DNA of 60,273 nucleotides, filler included, from Sphacelaria rigidula (GCA_964200075.2; 9 parts of 9 records of this genome joined end to end with filler, not necessarily neighbours in it), one strand, 5' to 3'; shown: positions 38,416 to 50,432, counted from the whole stretch's first letter. Made by a program: numbers and translations. The notes: generated from the sequence alone by a model not told the origin.

Positions 38416-38971
38416 CAGTAGTGGGCGGTCTAACTATTCATTTTGAGGCATTTTGTGATTTCTTCGTAATTGACGATTTTTCTTGGGCTCTTTTCGCTTG
38501 CCACCGCTGATTACATTGGGGATCTGAAGATATTTGTATCCGCTCCACATTCCAAGAAATAAAAAGAGTTGTACTCAATATTAAGTGCCTTACGGGCTGA
38601 CCGGTCATCGGGGGTCCTGCAACGTTTCAGCCCAGATTCTTACTCTTCAGTATTTTCAGTCGATCGAGCCTGTCCCGATCATATTTCTAAAAAAATGTAC
38701 AGTTTTATTTTTTTGAAATTCTGCCTACTCATTGCACTAGAGTCGAAAATCTGTGTTTCACGGTCGATAAAACCCTCCTGATGAACAGTGTATTCACTCG
38801 TTTCGCCCGATAACACCATCTAGCACTGATTTGGGCACGGTGTTTTGAGCAGGATGATATGTTCATTGTACGAAAATCTGCCGACGCTAGCAATTTCAAG
38901 TTCTATCGAAGAGTAGTACGCGAGGAAAACCCCAAAACCCCGCTGAATAGTTAGACCGCCCTCTACAACTG
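38416..38971. mobile_element. Tc1/mariner-type MITE family A (opposite orientation to 24794-25354)
   Basis: TA|CAGTAGTGGGCGGTCTAACTATTCA...TGAATAGTTAGACCGCCCTCTACAACTG|TA. Confidence 0.92.
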
Positions 38972-39608
38972 TAGGTCCCCACAGCGATGTACACCGAGCA
39001 CGCGGTATAGCGGGAACGTAACGCTTTGGCTTCTCGGACACTGCTGTCACGTGTTTTGCGTTTTGGTACAAAAGATCCGAGAGTTAGTTCTTTTCGTTTA
39101 GTTGTTCGAGGTAGCTCGTGAGCTGTCCGACGTATGGAACCATGTGGTTGATTAGTCCTTTAATTTGATGTGCCCTATAACTTGATTCGTCCAAATGATG
39201 AATATGAGTCGAATCACGATTTATTTATTCGTCCCAACCGTGCCACGGTTGACTTTTTGGGGGGATGACATTTTTCACTGTTGGGACCTTTGACACCGAG
39301 TTTGGTGTAGTACTGACATTGGACTACTTCAAGTTGGTGTCAAGGCTGTATTCCTCCAGCTTAAAATACATTTGCGCGAGATTGAAAGCAGATGATACGA
39401 TTGACAGTAAGAAGCGACCGATCAATGAATGAATAGTTTCAATCTGAAATGCCCCGCCACGAGGCCCGATACGCTTTCGGTAGTATCTTGCCACTGAAGC
39501 CCTTGATATCCCTGAGTAGAGCTCTAGTACATCGATGTCTGGCTGTAAGCACACGCCAGTGTCACAGGCAAAAAGAACACAAAGATAATGTAAAATTGGT
39601 CACTTTAA

Positions 39609-39730
39609 CCCCTAGACCACGAGGGTAGTCCAACGTGATCATGCATACATATATATATATATATATACTTCTCTCAAGTGAAATTGATGCCATGCCAACA
39701 GATGACCTACCCTCGCCGTCGAAGAAAGGG
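39609..39730. mobile_element. piggyBac-like mini-element (family E; other copies at about 41969-42065, 51718-51817, 51901-52002 and 54450-54549)
   Basis: TTAA|CCCCTAGACC...AAAGGG|TTAA. The core GGGTAGTCCA...AAGTGAAATTGATGCC is shared by five copies on four contigs. Confidence 0.8.
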
Positions 39731-40427
39731 TTAAAGCGGATGATGAAGCCCACTCACAGTCAGCACTCTACTCTCGATCTCACGACAAGATTGTTCTTAG
39801 TGTCGACATTAAAATTCTTGAGTCTAGTGTTGACGTTAAACTAGTCGAGGTTAGCTTGACGAAATACCTGAGTATACTATTGTCGTTAAGCTAGCTACTT
39901 GAGTTTGATGTTCCAATTTCACGTGGTGAAGTTTGTTTCTGCTCCGGGTGAAAAATTCGACTAACCGGTCTTTTGCGACCCGACTTTTTTTACACTTTTT
40001 ACACTGTAAAACCCCCATTGATTTTGTTTTTTTGGGGGGGGGAACTTTCGCACATCGAACGAGCACGAGTGTGACCTATAGCCTCTGCCAGACGATCTGG
40101 ACAAGAGGGCTATTCAGTGAGGGACTTCTCCAGAATCCACTGGCCTCACNNNNNNNNNNNNNNNNNNNNNNNNNNNNNNNNNNNNNNNNNNNNTTAATTA
40201 ATTAANNNNNNNNNNNNNNNNNNNNNNNNNNNNNNNNNNNNNNNNNNNNGTTTTGGGCTTGAGCCTCATCTCGAAGTTAAACCTCAATTCGCACAATTTG
40301 TTGTTTAGTGTAGAAGGGCTCCACATCCTGGGATTGTGCCTGCCCCTCCCCTCCATGAAAGCAAAGCAAGTCCGTATTTTGTGCCCACGTTTCGCCGGGC
40401 GATACTCAGAAAGCATAGGGCACTCAC

Positions 40428-40557
40428 AAACAAGAGGCTTGCTGCCAAAGGGGGTCTTGATAGGGTCCAACCTTCCGGTGAGATCGGCCCTAATTTGCTT
40501 GAACGCCACCTCTTGGTCGTTGGGACGATTCTTCTTGGGGGACGCAGAGTCGTGCAT
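40428..40557 (-). CDS. First coding exon of a class-V PLP-dependent aminotransferase (cysteine-desulfurase-like); remainder beyond the contig end
   Basis: MHDSASPKKNRPNDQEVAFKQIRADLTGRLDPIKTPFGSKPLV T|GTGAGT fits the family N-terminal motif G...TPFGx(K/R)PLVY(ADYTASGR), with the Tyr codon split by a canonical donor. Confidence 0.75.
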
Positions 40558-41047
40558 GGCTGCCTTCTTCTCTTAGCCCGAAATACGCTATACCCGTGTG
40601 GACCTTGAACTATATGAATGCACCGGGATAAGTGGGACGTAGATTAAAAGTGGGGGACTGGTATCACGCGCAACATGTGGGCTGACGACGAAAGGTGGAA
40701 CAATGACGCACGTGCGGTCAAACGGTTCATCCGTCATTATATTTCCGAGCGTGCGCGTCACCTATTGTACAGCTATGCCGATTCCACGCTCTCATTATTG
40801 CGCACCACGTGACTAGTAGGCTAGCAGTATTGTCTTCACGGGTAATGTTTTGTTCTGTTTGTGCGAATGAAGTTCCATGCTACAGATCAAAAACATCAAA
40901 CAGACGGGTTACACCGCTGATTTCCTAGATCCATCTCCAACAGTCCGAAGACACGCAATTTTCAAACCCGCCCTAATTGTTGTTTCTCGTACAATTCTTC
41001 ACTAGTTCGGCCTCTCTTCTCGTTCACTTCACTGACTGCTACAGTCA

Positions 41048-41586
41048 CCGTAAGAGTGCGTGTTATCGCACGGTGCCCCGATTTGGCACGGTGCTTTGAT
41101 TTGGCACGGGAGTGCGCTAAAAATTAGAGTTCGAAGTTGTTTAATTGCATTTTCTGACGGGGGTCCTAGAAATCGCACGGGGGTGCGATAATCTCGATGA
41201 AATCCATTTCAAGCGCCGCTTAGTCTGCTGCCGCGGGAGGACCGGTGAAACAAAATTCCGTACATTCGCAAAAAACAGTGCATCGCTTTTTCTTTTTTCG
41301 TTCTGCATCTCCGGCCACAGTATAACCGGTACGTTCATGCTATCCTGTCACAGCAGTTGCAGAGCACGGTTTGTGTTGTCACAGGAACTCAGTATCCCAC
41401 GGATCCGAGATATCGCACGGGGGTGCTCTTCAAACTGCAGGAGCAAGGGATTTAATTCGATTTTCGCACGGGGGTCCCCGATTTGGTACGGTGCCCTGAT
41501 TTCGCACGGGGGTGCGGACAAAATCGAAAAAGCAAAACATTTAACTGGGCGATCGCACTAGGGTGCGATAACACGCACTCTTACGG
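41048..41586. mobile_element. pogo/Tigger-like MITE with internal GCACGG repeats
   Basis: Perfect TIR CCGTAAGAGTGCGTGTTATCGCAC / GTGCGATAACACGCACTCTTACGG and many GATTT(G/C)GCACGG subrepeats. The TA TSD is not preserved. Confidence 0.85.
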
Positions 41587-42350
41587 TCCCTCTTGAATGT
41601 AGATTTTGAAAGTAGGGGGAACTCACAAAGTAACACACCGAAACCTGCGAGATGTTCTACAGCGATTCTTCTCATCGACGACGTTCGTTGTTCCCTACAA
41701 TGCGGCTTAGTTTTTTGTTTGGGAGTTACAGTCAATGTACTCGATTACATGCCGTGAGTGATGCTAGGGTAGGGTTTCACCTTTCAGTCCAAAGGTTGCC
41801 TGAGGCTGCAAACCAAGGCTGAGATCTTTGTCTTCGAGAGGCTCCCGAAATGAAGAAAGCCTGAAAAAAAGAGTCCTGTCTGAGCCGCCTATTCCATGTT
41901 CACCGCAACACGAAGTTGCTCCACATGCTGATTCTGGACATCCTGCAGAGCTCTGAGTTTCGCCTCAACCCCTAGATGGTTGCGGGTAGTCCATTCTGAT
42001 CACGCATATTTTCTCCAAGTGAATGTTGATGCCGATCCAGCAGGTGGCCTACCCCCGCGGTCAAACTTCGCCGTGTGAAATTGATGGACATCTCGCCCAC
42101 GTTTTTGATGTGTAATTATTCCACAGACCTACCCTGAATACTCTCAGCGCACCGGGATATATCTGCGGTTTGCGAAAATGCGGATTCTAAAATCTAAAGA
42201 GGATATTTCGGACGTCAAACGGATTGTGGAACGGATGGATGATCTGAATGAATTCCAAAGTTCAGGATTTGTCGATCAACAGCGAAGTGTGCATCTGACA
42301 CAATCAGCCCCCTTTACGTTGATCCCACCGATAACCGGCTTTCGGATAAG

Positions 42351-42392
42351 ATGAGTCATAGACAGAAGATCAGCTCAGCCAAGGTAAAACAG
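42351..42392 (+). CDS. Probable exon 1 of a glutaredoxin-domain gene
   Basis: ATG MSHRQKISSAK|GTAAAA (42383) or ...KVKQ|GTGAGA (42392). Both donors are phase 0, matching the next exon. Confidence 0.5.
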
Positions 42393-42696
42393 GTGAGATA
42401 CTTGTGATACGGGGCAAAGTTTTCGTGAGATTGAGAGAAGAGCGCTGATCGAAAGTGGCTTTGATCCTTCGCAACGAAAAGAAACGAAACGGCTGTGGTA
42501 CTGTTGTACCTACGAAGGTCTACGTGACGAGGATCGAGACACTAACGTGTTGATTGAGCTGTTGCACATGTGAGAGCGTGAGTTTTCTTCCCACACTGTT
42601 GGTCGGGATGTATAGACAGACCTCTCCGAAATGCGCCGATCATGTCACAGTGACACTGTTTCCTTCTGTGGACCCTTGTATTCTTCACGATTCTAG

Positions 42697-42798
42697 GAAC
42701 GAGATGGCGTTACAACGACGAAGGCCAGGGTTGAAGCTCTCATCGCCGCCAACCCGGTATTGGTCTTGGCCACCAGCACCTGCCCTTTTTGTATCGAG
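42697..42798 (+). CDS. Glutaredoxin-domain exon (CPFC active site)
   Basis: TTCTAG|ERDGVTTTKARVEALIAANPVLVLATSTCPFCIE|GTGAGG. This is the dithiol Grx N-terminal pattern VxxLIxxNxVxVxxxxxCPFC. Confidence 0.85.
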
Positions 42799-42957
42799 GT
42801 GAGGAACGAGTTGTTGCTCACCCGAATACGAAGTATATTGCACTGATATACGGTATTGCAATGCACTGAATGAAAGAGGAGTTCAGGGTGATGTAGCCCA
42901 TGAAACAGTACCGTCGTGTCGAATCCGGCTTTGTGTGACAGTTTCGCAATTAACCTA

Positions 42958-44177
42958 CAGTGGAGGTCACGGTTTAAGAGAGGGGTGTGGCATATCAGGG
43001 AAACCTTTCTGAGACACGACCTTCTACTCAATTGATTCAGGAGAGGTTTTCCCTTAAACCGAACAATTTAACAAGAGAAAGCCTCTCTTGAACCGAATAC
43101 TGCATTGGTCATCGACAGTCTGTACAGGACCGCCTGTGCCGTGGTGCCGAATCAGAGTGTTGGAAGAGCATTTTACATCGTTTACACAATATTTCTGTGC
43201 GCTACGGTATCCACATCCAACATGAGTTGTTATTCCACGGTGTGAGTGATGCTATACGGTAGGGGTGCATACAGGTAATAATCGTTAGGAGCCCTTCATA
43301 TCTTCATTATCCAAAACACGACTTTAAACTATGTGAGAGCGCGCCAGAATTACCATCCCCAAGGTGCTAGGGATAATATCCCCAATGAATTTGCAAATGG
43401 GGATGCCCTGACCCATATTTTTGTGCTTCTACAATCATTCGCTGAAGACCACTGAACTAGACATTTTTTTACGCGAAAAGTCCATCCCTACCGTAGCATT
43501 GCTCATATCGAAGTTATCCTCGCATCATCTGAACAAAGTGACCAACCCAATACATGCGCGCCACACACGTCACATATCGGAAGTAAAGAACGTAATAATG
43601 CAAAAAGACGGAAAAGCACACATCATACTGTACTTACTGTATACTCTGTACTGCTGTACAAGTGCTACTGTCACCACCAGTAAAGCTCAAGTACCTACAC
43701 TCGTCCCCTACCCAGCAACAGACACATGACAAGCGCTCATCGGCAGCTTCTGCAACGCGATATGAAGTCTACGACGCATATTTGTTTTGTTTTCCTTGAC
43801 CCAAACTCGTTCATCCAGGCCAGCTTGGCCTTGCGAAGATGGTACGACACCTCCGCCATGTTGCACCTCTCTGCTACTGCCTCGAGGTCCCCAAACTGCC
43901 TACTTGCAGCCAGTGAGACTGTAAGCTGTTCATGCGTTAGAACTGCTGGACGTACTGAGATGGATGTTTGTCGGGCTACAGTACGGTACAGTAAAGAAAC
44001 GGTGGGGTTGCGGGTGGATCTTGTTGAAGAGAAAACGGAGTTCGGTTTAAGAGAAAGGGCCTGCTTGAAGAGGAACCAGGGTTCGGTTCAAGAAAGTGAT
44101 GTGCCAAGCTTTTTTTACCTTTCTTGAACCGGCAATTATCTTGAACTGAGTTCTCTTGAACCGTAACCCCCATACTG
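42958..44177 (-). mobile_element. Internally deleted pogo-like element with a transposase C-terminal remnant (43737-43907)
   Basis: Ends TA|CAGTGGAGGTCACGGTTTAAGAGA and TCTCTTGAACCGTAACCCCCATACTG|TA. The minus-strand peptide FGDLEAVAERCNMAEVSYHLRKAKLAWMNEFGSRKTKQICVVDF aligns with the C-terminus of ORF 46331-46804. Confidence 0.7.
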
Positions 44178-45983
44178 TATACTGTAATACGCTGTCCACG
44201 CGACCTCCGTCACATGTGTCCCTCCTCAGTCTTTCCCGCGTGCTACTTTGTACTCAAGCCCAGGACCACATCGTTTATTCTTCCGTTGCGTTGAATGCGC
44301 CTTGAAAAGTCTCGACTTACACGCATTGATGTCTGATTCTACGCCGCTTTTCAATAGCTGTGCTGTATCGTGCTGCGTTGCACTCCACCTCACTGGGTGC
44401 ACTGCAGTATAAAATGTGGTGTCAAGACATCATACTGCATTCCACCCTTCAGTAGTACCCTGTGCAGCACGTACTACCCCTTCGTTCCCGAGGCACGTTT
44501 GTGTGATCTGGTCAACGAATGTCATGGTTGGTTGTTATTCTTAGTTCTTGTCTTGTGACGTCGCTTCGGGGAACCTTGAGGGGGGTGTCACACACTGTCG
44601 TCACTCATTGCGGAAAAACAATTTCCGATACATGAGTATAGATTGTACTGGAGGTTGCCATGTCGCAATAACGGCTACACAAACTTGTCGTGCGGCTTGA
44701 CACAAGAACTAATAATGCTGCTCAAAAATATATGAATGCGGCTCATGTTGCTAATTCTCTGACCAACTGCACTATTTGCTTGAAGAGTCAAGTGTCGGTG
44801 CCCATTATCGTTTATAACGCCACGCCATGCACCGCCAGTGCATCTCAAGGGATGACCCGCGTACGGAGAAATGACCTCAACATTCCGAGACGCAGAGAGA
44901 AAAGTATGACTTTGACCCACCGCCAGAGGCTGGTCCACCACGTTACAGGTATGGGAAGTTTCTCCGGAATATATGATTTCAAATAGCCCTAGCCCTAACC
45001 CCAACCCAAAGCCCAAGCCCAACGAAAGCACACCGAGAACCCTCGGGCGAGGGGGGTGCAGAGTGTTACCTAGGCAATGTGTGCGTTGCCAGACCTCAAA
45101 TCGGCGCCCTAGACGCCGATATAGGCAAAAATGCATTCTGCGCACGCTGGGAATACAGCACCCCCGTGTAAAACTCCGGATTTACACTAAACTGAGATCC
45201 AATACTTATCAAGTAGTGAACTCTAGTGCACCGCCATTCTACCGAAACACGAGACGCGTCAAGGTGACAATTTCGGAGATGTATTTGCATCAAACTCTGT
45301 CGCACACATTTTCTGGAATGTGACTTTTGCAAACCTGCCTACCCCCTTTGAAGGGTTTGAAAATGCAAGTCAACCATTGTTCGTCACTGCGGCACAACAA
45401 AAACGTTGCAGAACACGCACGTATCTCGAAGAAGCTCTGAAGAGTACACCTCTCGGTATCTTGCATTCACGACGATGTTTACCATCGAGCACCAGCACGT
45501 CACGCGCACCGTACCGTAGAAACGAACAAAACCTATAGTGCATGTGGCGCTTGGCTAAGCTGCTGGAATTGCTCTGTTGTCTTGTGGTACATTTACTGCG
45601 CCGCAACTGTGACCATGGTCAAACATCATTATTTCACCTTGAGACATTCAAACCTTATCGCAGATTCACCTCTGTGTCTTGACCATGCCACCGACGGTAC
45701 CCCGCTGCTGGCATGGACAGCATTGATGAAAACAAAAAGCAGCACGTGCCTACTTGTGTAACGTATGTAGACTGCCCGTGTTAATGCACTTGTGTTGGTC
45801 ACTGCCAGCAAGCGGACTTCACGTGGAAATATTCGTGCCGTTGAGATCGTTCACATGAAAGTCATTTGTCATGACTTTCGGTCATGGAAAGCATTTTGTT
45901 GCGGTGGAAACCTTTTTTTTATGTTGACCCCCGTTTTTTGGAATCCTCTATAAATAGCACCGGATCTTCTGAGATTGGGCATA

Positions 45984-46810
45984 CAGTAGTGGTCCTGGTT
46001 TAGCGGTGACCTGTTTAGCGGATGGTACCGGTTTAGCGGTAAAAGTTCGGCTGACACCGTTTCTTCCCGGTTTAGCGGTTATGCAACCGCTAAACCGGGC
46101 GGCGGTTATTCAGGGCGGTTGAATACGGAATAGCGGTAGTGTGCTCCACAGTACTGTACAGTACCGCTGTACAGCGGCATTGCATCAGCAGTAGTTGTCG
46201 AGCCCCTGTTGCTGTAGACGAGCGACACACACACAGCTACTGTAAACATACGACACAAATATCTAGAAAACACACGACACACACAGCTAGCTACATACAG
46301 CACTGCGAGCGGCAGCTACCCGTTATAATCATGCCGTGCGCAGCATTATTATTAGAATTCTGTAAGTTTCCCAACATGACACCAATTGAGCCCAACGGGC
46401 ATCCGTGTCGCGGTGGGTGTGGATGCCGCCGCCACGGCTGTTGCGGCGGGGTGGAGGATCCTGAGGGTAAAGAAATGAATCGCATCTGCCAGTCTTGCTG
46501 TGCACAGGCTACGTACCCTCCAAGCAACACTGAAAGGGGCAGCTCGGGTGCGACCAAGCGCAAAAATCCACAGGGAGGAGCCTCTCAGCAGGATGTTGAG
46601 ACTGCGGGAAAAGAGTTGTCGATGGCGCCTCCGCCGTACTCGGATATCTCGTCGCTTTCTGGGCAGCTAGAGCAGTACGCAGAGTTGTGTGGTATCGGAG
46701 ACGCAAGGTTCCATCTTCGCAAGGCGGAGATGTCTTTTCTTGCGGCGTACGCTTCTAGACCAACAAAGCAGACAGACATCAGGACCACGTTTTCCAAGTC
46801 GTAGTCGATC
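45984..46810 (+). mobile_element. pogo-like element, left part (right end lost at a SINE insertion and the contig end)
   Basis: TA|CAGTAGTGGTCCTGGTTTAGCGG with repeated GTTTAGCGG subterminal motifs, followed by a transposase-derived ORF. Confidence 0.7.
46331..46804 (+). CDS. Transposon-derived ORF: N-terminal Cys/His cluster fused to a pogo-like C-terminus with PIP-box-like KQTDIRTTF; no DDE domain
   Basis: HPCRGGCGCRRHGCCG...RICQSC, basic KRKN, then LEQYAELC...HLRKA...TKQTDIRTTF. A homologous tail lies at 43737-43907. Confidence 0.6.
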   Translation: MPCAALLLEFCKFPNMTPIEPNGHPCRGGCGCRRHGCCGGVEDPEGKEMNRICQSCCAQATYPPSNTERGSSGATKRKNPQGGASQQDVETAGKELSMAPPPYSDISSLSGQLEQYAELCGIGDARFHLRKAEMSFLAAYASRPTKQTDIRTTFSKS

Positions 46811-46812
46811 AG

Positions 46813-46857
46813 CCGGTCGCCCCGGTGGCTCAGTTGGTAACCTCGTAACCTTCTGAT
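46813..46857 (+). mobile_element. 5' head of the tRNA-derived SINE family seen at 19592-20014 (truncated by the gap)
   Basis: CCGGTCGCCCCGGTGGCTCAGTTGGTAACCTCGTAACCTTCTGA is nearly identical to the reverse complement of 19970-20013. Confidence 0.85.
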
Positions 46858-47297
46858 NNNNNNNNNNNNNNNNNNNNNNNNNNNNNNNNNNNNNNNNNNN
46901 NTTAATTAATTAANNNNNNNNNNNNNNNNNNNNNNNNNNNNNNNNNNNNNNNNNNNNGGGGGGGAGGGGGGGGCAGGCGGGGGGAAGGAGGCCCGGGTGA
47001 CGAGAATCTGTGTTGGTGGCTTGGCGGGGGGGGGGGGGGGGGGGGGGGGGGGTGTTCTATAACACAAAACGAAGAAGGTAATTGGCGGGGTACAAGACCT
47101 CGCAAACTCGATATTAGCTTGTATGCGTCTGAAACCGGTCTCGGGAGGTGTGAACGCGTCAAGAAACCGGTCTTCACATTTTTCTAAGGAAGCAAAAACT
47201 GTCCGCAACTGTCAAAGATTTCGGATAAAAAATGGACCGGGTACCGAAGGGTCGTACGAGCCGGGCCAGCCTAGAAGCGAATTTATGGTTTGCAGGC

Positions 47298-47555
47298 GAA
47301 TGCGCCGGCCAATATTTAGAGTTGGAGGGTGAAATTTGGTATGGACAATGCATAGGGCATGATAAAAAAAGAAACGAAAGCACCAAGAAGTTTTTTTTAT
47401 TCATGAGTTGAGGGCATTTTACTGATAACTGACAACTGATTATTGCCCTCAACTCATTAGAAAGAAAGCTTGTGGCGCTTTCGTTTTTTTTCATACCCTA
47501 TGCATTGTCCATACCAAATTATACCCTCCAACTTTAAATATTGGCCGGCGCATTC
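47298..47555. repeat. ~65-bp inverted repeat (47298-47362 / 47491-47555) inside an unclassified AT-rich element
   Basis: GAATGCGCCGGCCAATATTTAGAGTTGGAGGGT..AATTTGGTATGGACAATGCATAGGG.ATGA and its reverse complement. Confidence 0.85.
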
Positions 47556-49826
47556 ACCTTTTGAAAACCGGGTTGGTCGAAATTTGGATCAGTATTTGGC
47601 AGGCCCCTTATTGGCCCACGTTTTGTTTTTGTGTACTGAAATTTTGTGTGGGCCCTCGCTAGGGTATAATTAACAAAACTCAGTGAGTCACTTTTTTTAT
47701 TCGCTGGTTTACGGCGTTCTAGTATGGTAAAGACCATTTCTTCACGAGAACGCCCTAACCTCTATGAACAAAAAATGAAGGCCCATTTTTTTTATTCGGC
47801 ACAACTTTGTGGTTCTAGAAGTTGAGCTGAAAAATTGAGATAAGGCCTGAGAGCAATGTTCATAGCTCCTCAAAACTCCACAGAAAACACGAAAGAAATG
47901 AAAAAGAAAAAGAAAAAGTTGAAAGCTCTTTTTTTTTAATTATGCACTAGCACGTCTCCATACGAAATTTCATAACACAACTCTCAAAAACTGAGACGCG
48001 ATATCCAGATTTAGGGCATCTAGTGCCTCTGCTCGTATATATTGATTTTATCATGGCAACTTATGTGCGTCATATCTCGAGATAGATTACGCATTAGGTG
48101 AAGGTGAAGGTAACCATCGTCTACCCGTGCTCCAGGGAAGGTCCACACCAAAAATCGTCGCCATCCCCTGATTGTATCGTTCGGGGTTTCATATAGATTT
48201 TTGTCTGGACGCTATCTCCGTGCGGTATAGGAATTACTAGACATGGGTTTAATCAACGAAAAAATATTGGGCCAGATTTTTGAGCAGATGTGCACCTTCC
48301 ACTTGATTAGACGATTTATAGGATATGTGGATCACGGCCCAACTCGTCTGTGTCGATGAGATATTGCTTTGAGAGCTTGAATCCGCTTTGGGGCTGCCCC
48401 AGCTCGTAAATTGGTTTGAAAACCTGAGAATATGCAACGATACCCTGCAATTTGTTAACCCTTCTGTACTTTATGCTTACTAGTTTGCTCGCCCCCCCCC
48501 CGCCCCCCAACCGGCCTGGACTGTACGGTAGGCGGACGGGCGTTACTATGACGCGCATCGCTCATCAACAGATCATTTCGACGGGGACGGGGACGCACAC
48601 ACCTCAGCCCCTTGAGCGACACTGGGCATCTTTTTCGGCGGATACTTGCGACGGACATTCTTTGATTCTTGACGCTTTGGACGAAATACGATCTTGGCAG
48701 AGACGAGGTCAGCCTACAACAATACTCGGACAGGAGTTACAGGTGTTCGTCACAGTCAGTGCAGTATGAGGTCTCCGCGGCGGCACAGTACTGTAGGGCT
48801 GACTTGACTGTTCTGAGTGCGTGTACTGACCGCATTACACCAATCGCTTGTGCTTATACAACCGCAGAGTCTGTCTGTGCGCAACCGTGCTGGACTTGCG
48901 CTTCACATGTCAGCAAGAGAGTCAAAGAAGATGATTAGGCAAGAAAAAAAAGTGGAAAACCAATCGAAGGCGAGGGGGGACATCAACCATATACAGTCTT
49001 ACGCCAGAAACAAAAAGCAACTCAACTGCCAAGATGCCCGCATACAAAAATCATACGCACCTCATGTATCTTTCGACGGTCTAGCAGGGTTTAGTACTGT
49101 ACTCTCAGAACAAATCAAGCGTTACTTCGCTTATGGATTTCTTCGCCGTGTCTGTTCGAACCCAGCCTGACACTTGGCACAGAGGTAGACCACAACACAG
49201 ACAACACATTCCCGGATCGGCGGCACGTATTTCGTCGTGCGCCAGACGCACGAAGCAAAATGCGGATTTTGGGCAATGCCATCGATACGCCCTCATAACG
49301 CAGTCCCCTCGGCCCAGACTGCGTGAGGCGTCAGTGGATGCATATGTTGACACGCGGATACGCTCACTTTATGCTGGGCGGCTTCTGCCCCGGCAAACGA
49401 ACATGGATCCGTAGAAGGCACACTCTGGATGATGTAATTCTACGCGGTACCTATCTTGGTATCGCCTGTAGAGGTGTTCACTTTAGGAGGCACGGCCGTG
49501 CAAGCGTTGTCAGTGCTTTTACGCGCTGAAACTTCGACCACATGTCATGTAGACAACAGACAACAACCTCATCTTGCTGAATCTGGGGTTGCGCGATGTG
49601 CGCCTGCGTATTGGGGCGAAAATATGTCGGATTCTGTTCCGAATCCCTCTTTTTTTCTTTTGGGCTAAGACTGTATACTTGAACGGACGCGACAAACACT
49701 TTGGCTGAGCTTGAGCAACTTTATCCTACCATGACTGGCAATAAGTTTGGCTGGCAACAAGTCGCTGCACTGGCAGCACGGTGGGTCGTGCGGCTGCACC
49801 GAGAATGCAAAGCGCGGCGGCATCAC

Positions 49827-49990
49827 CCGCCGCATGCTGGTTGTCTAACGGTACCACTGACGGGATGAGTGCGACGAGAACGCAGGTTCGATTTCCGGCA
49901 GAGTCCACGAGCAGTTTGCCTTTTTCTCTCACGTATCGGATTTCCGTCGTTGGAAGTGTGAGGATTTGAGTAACAGAACGAGTCTTTGGG
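49827..49990 (+). mobile_element. Degenerate tRNA-derived SINE head
   Basis: A-box-like TGGTTGTCTAACGG and B-box GGTTCGATTTCC at tRNA-like spacing. No intact cloverleaf. Confidence 0.4.
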
Positions 49991-50432
49991 GGTGAGTGTA
50001 TTCGAGGATAGTCGACACGGTGCGCGAATGTTGATCTAATCTGAGATGCAAGGACGTAAGACGTGTACCAATAAGACATGAGTTAGCAGTGACAAAAAAA
50101 CGCGGCGGGTCCGTGTCGTCGCCATCATCATACCACCTGTTCAGGCGGCTGAATGCGGTACACGCCGATAACGTCATGATCAAAGTTGCAGTTTATTGCA
50201 GTGCGCAAGGCACGCGTGAAATGGTTGGCGGGGGCGCAACAGCGCCCCTTACCCAGCGAGGGAGCAAAGAGTCGTGTGCCTCACCTCCTGCTGATCAGTG
50301 CTGCGTGCAATTTTTAAAACTACCGCGAGCTGAGCCGAGTCTAGTTTGAATGAGCCGAGTATTACAGTATCTGTTTTAGATCATAAGGGTGTACATGCAG
50401 GGAGCACAGATGAGAGGACAACAGTGTGCCCA

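Noticed and set aside
43819..43920. Plus-strand third exon of the glutaredoxin gene (CAG|ASLALRRWY...|GTAAGC)
   Set aside because: The peptide is not Grx-like, and the opposite strand explains the sequence as a transposase tail.
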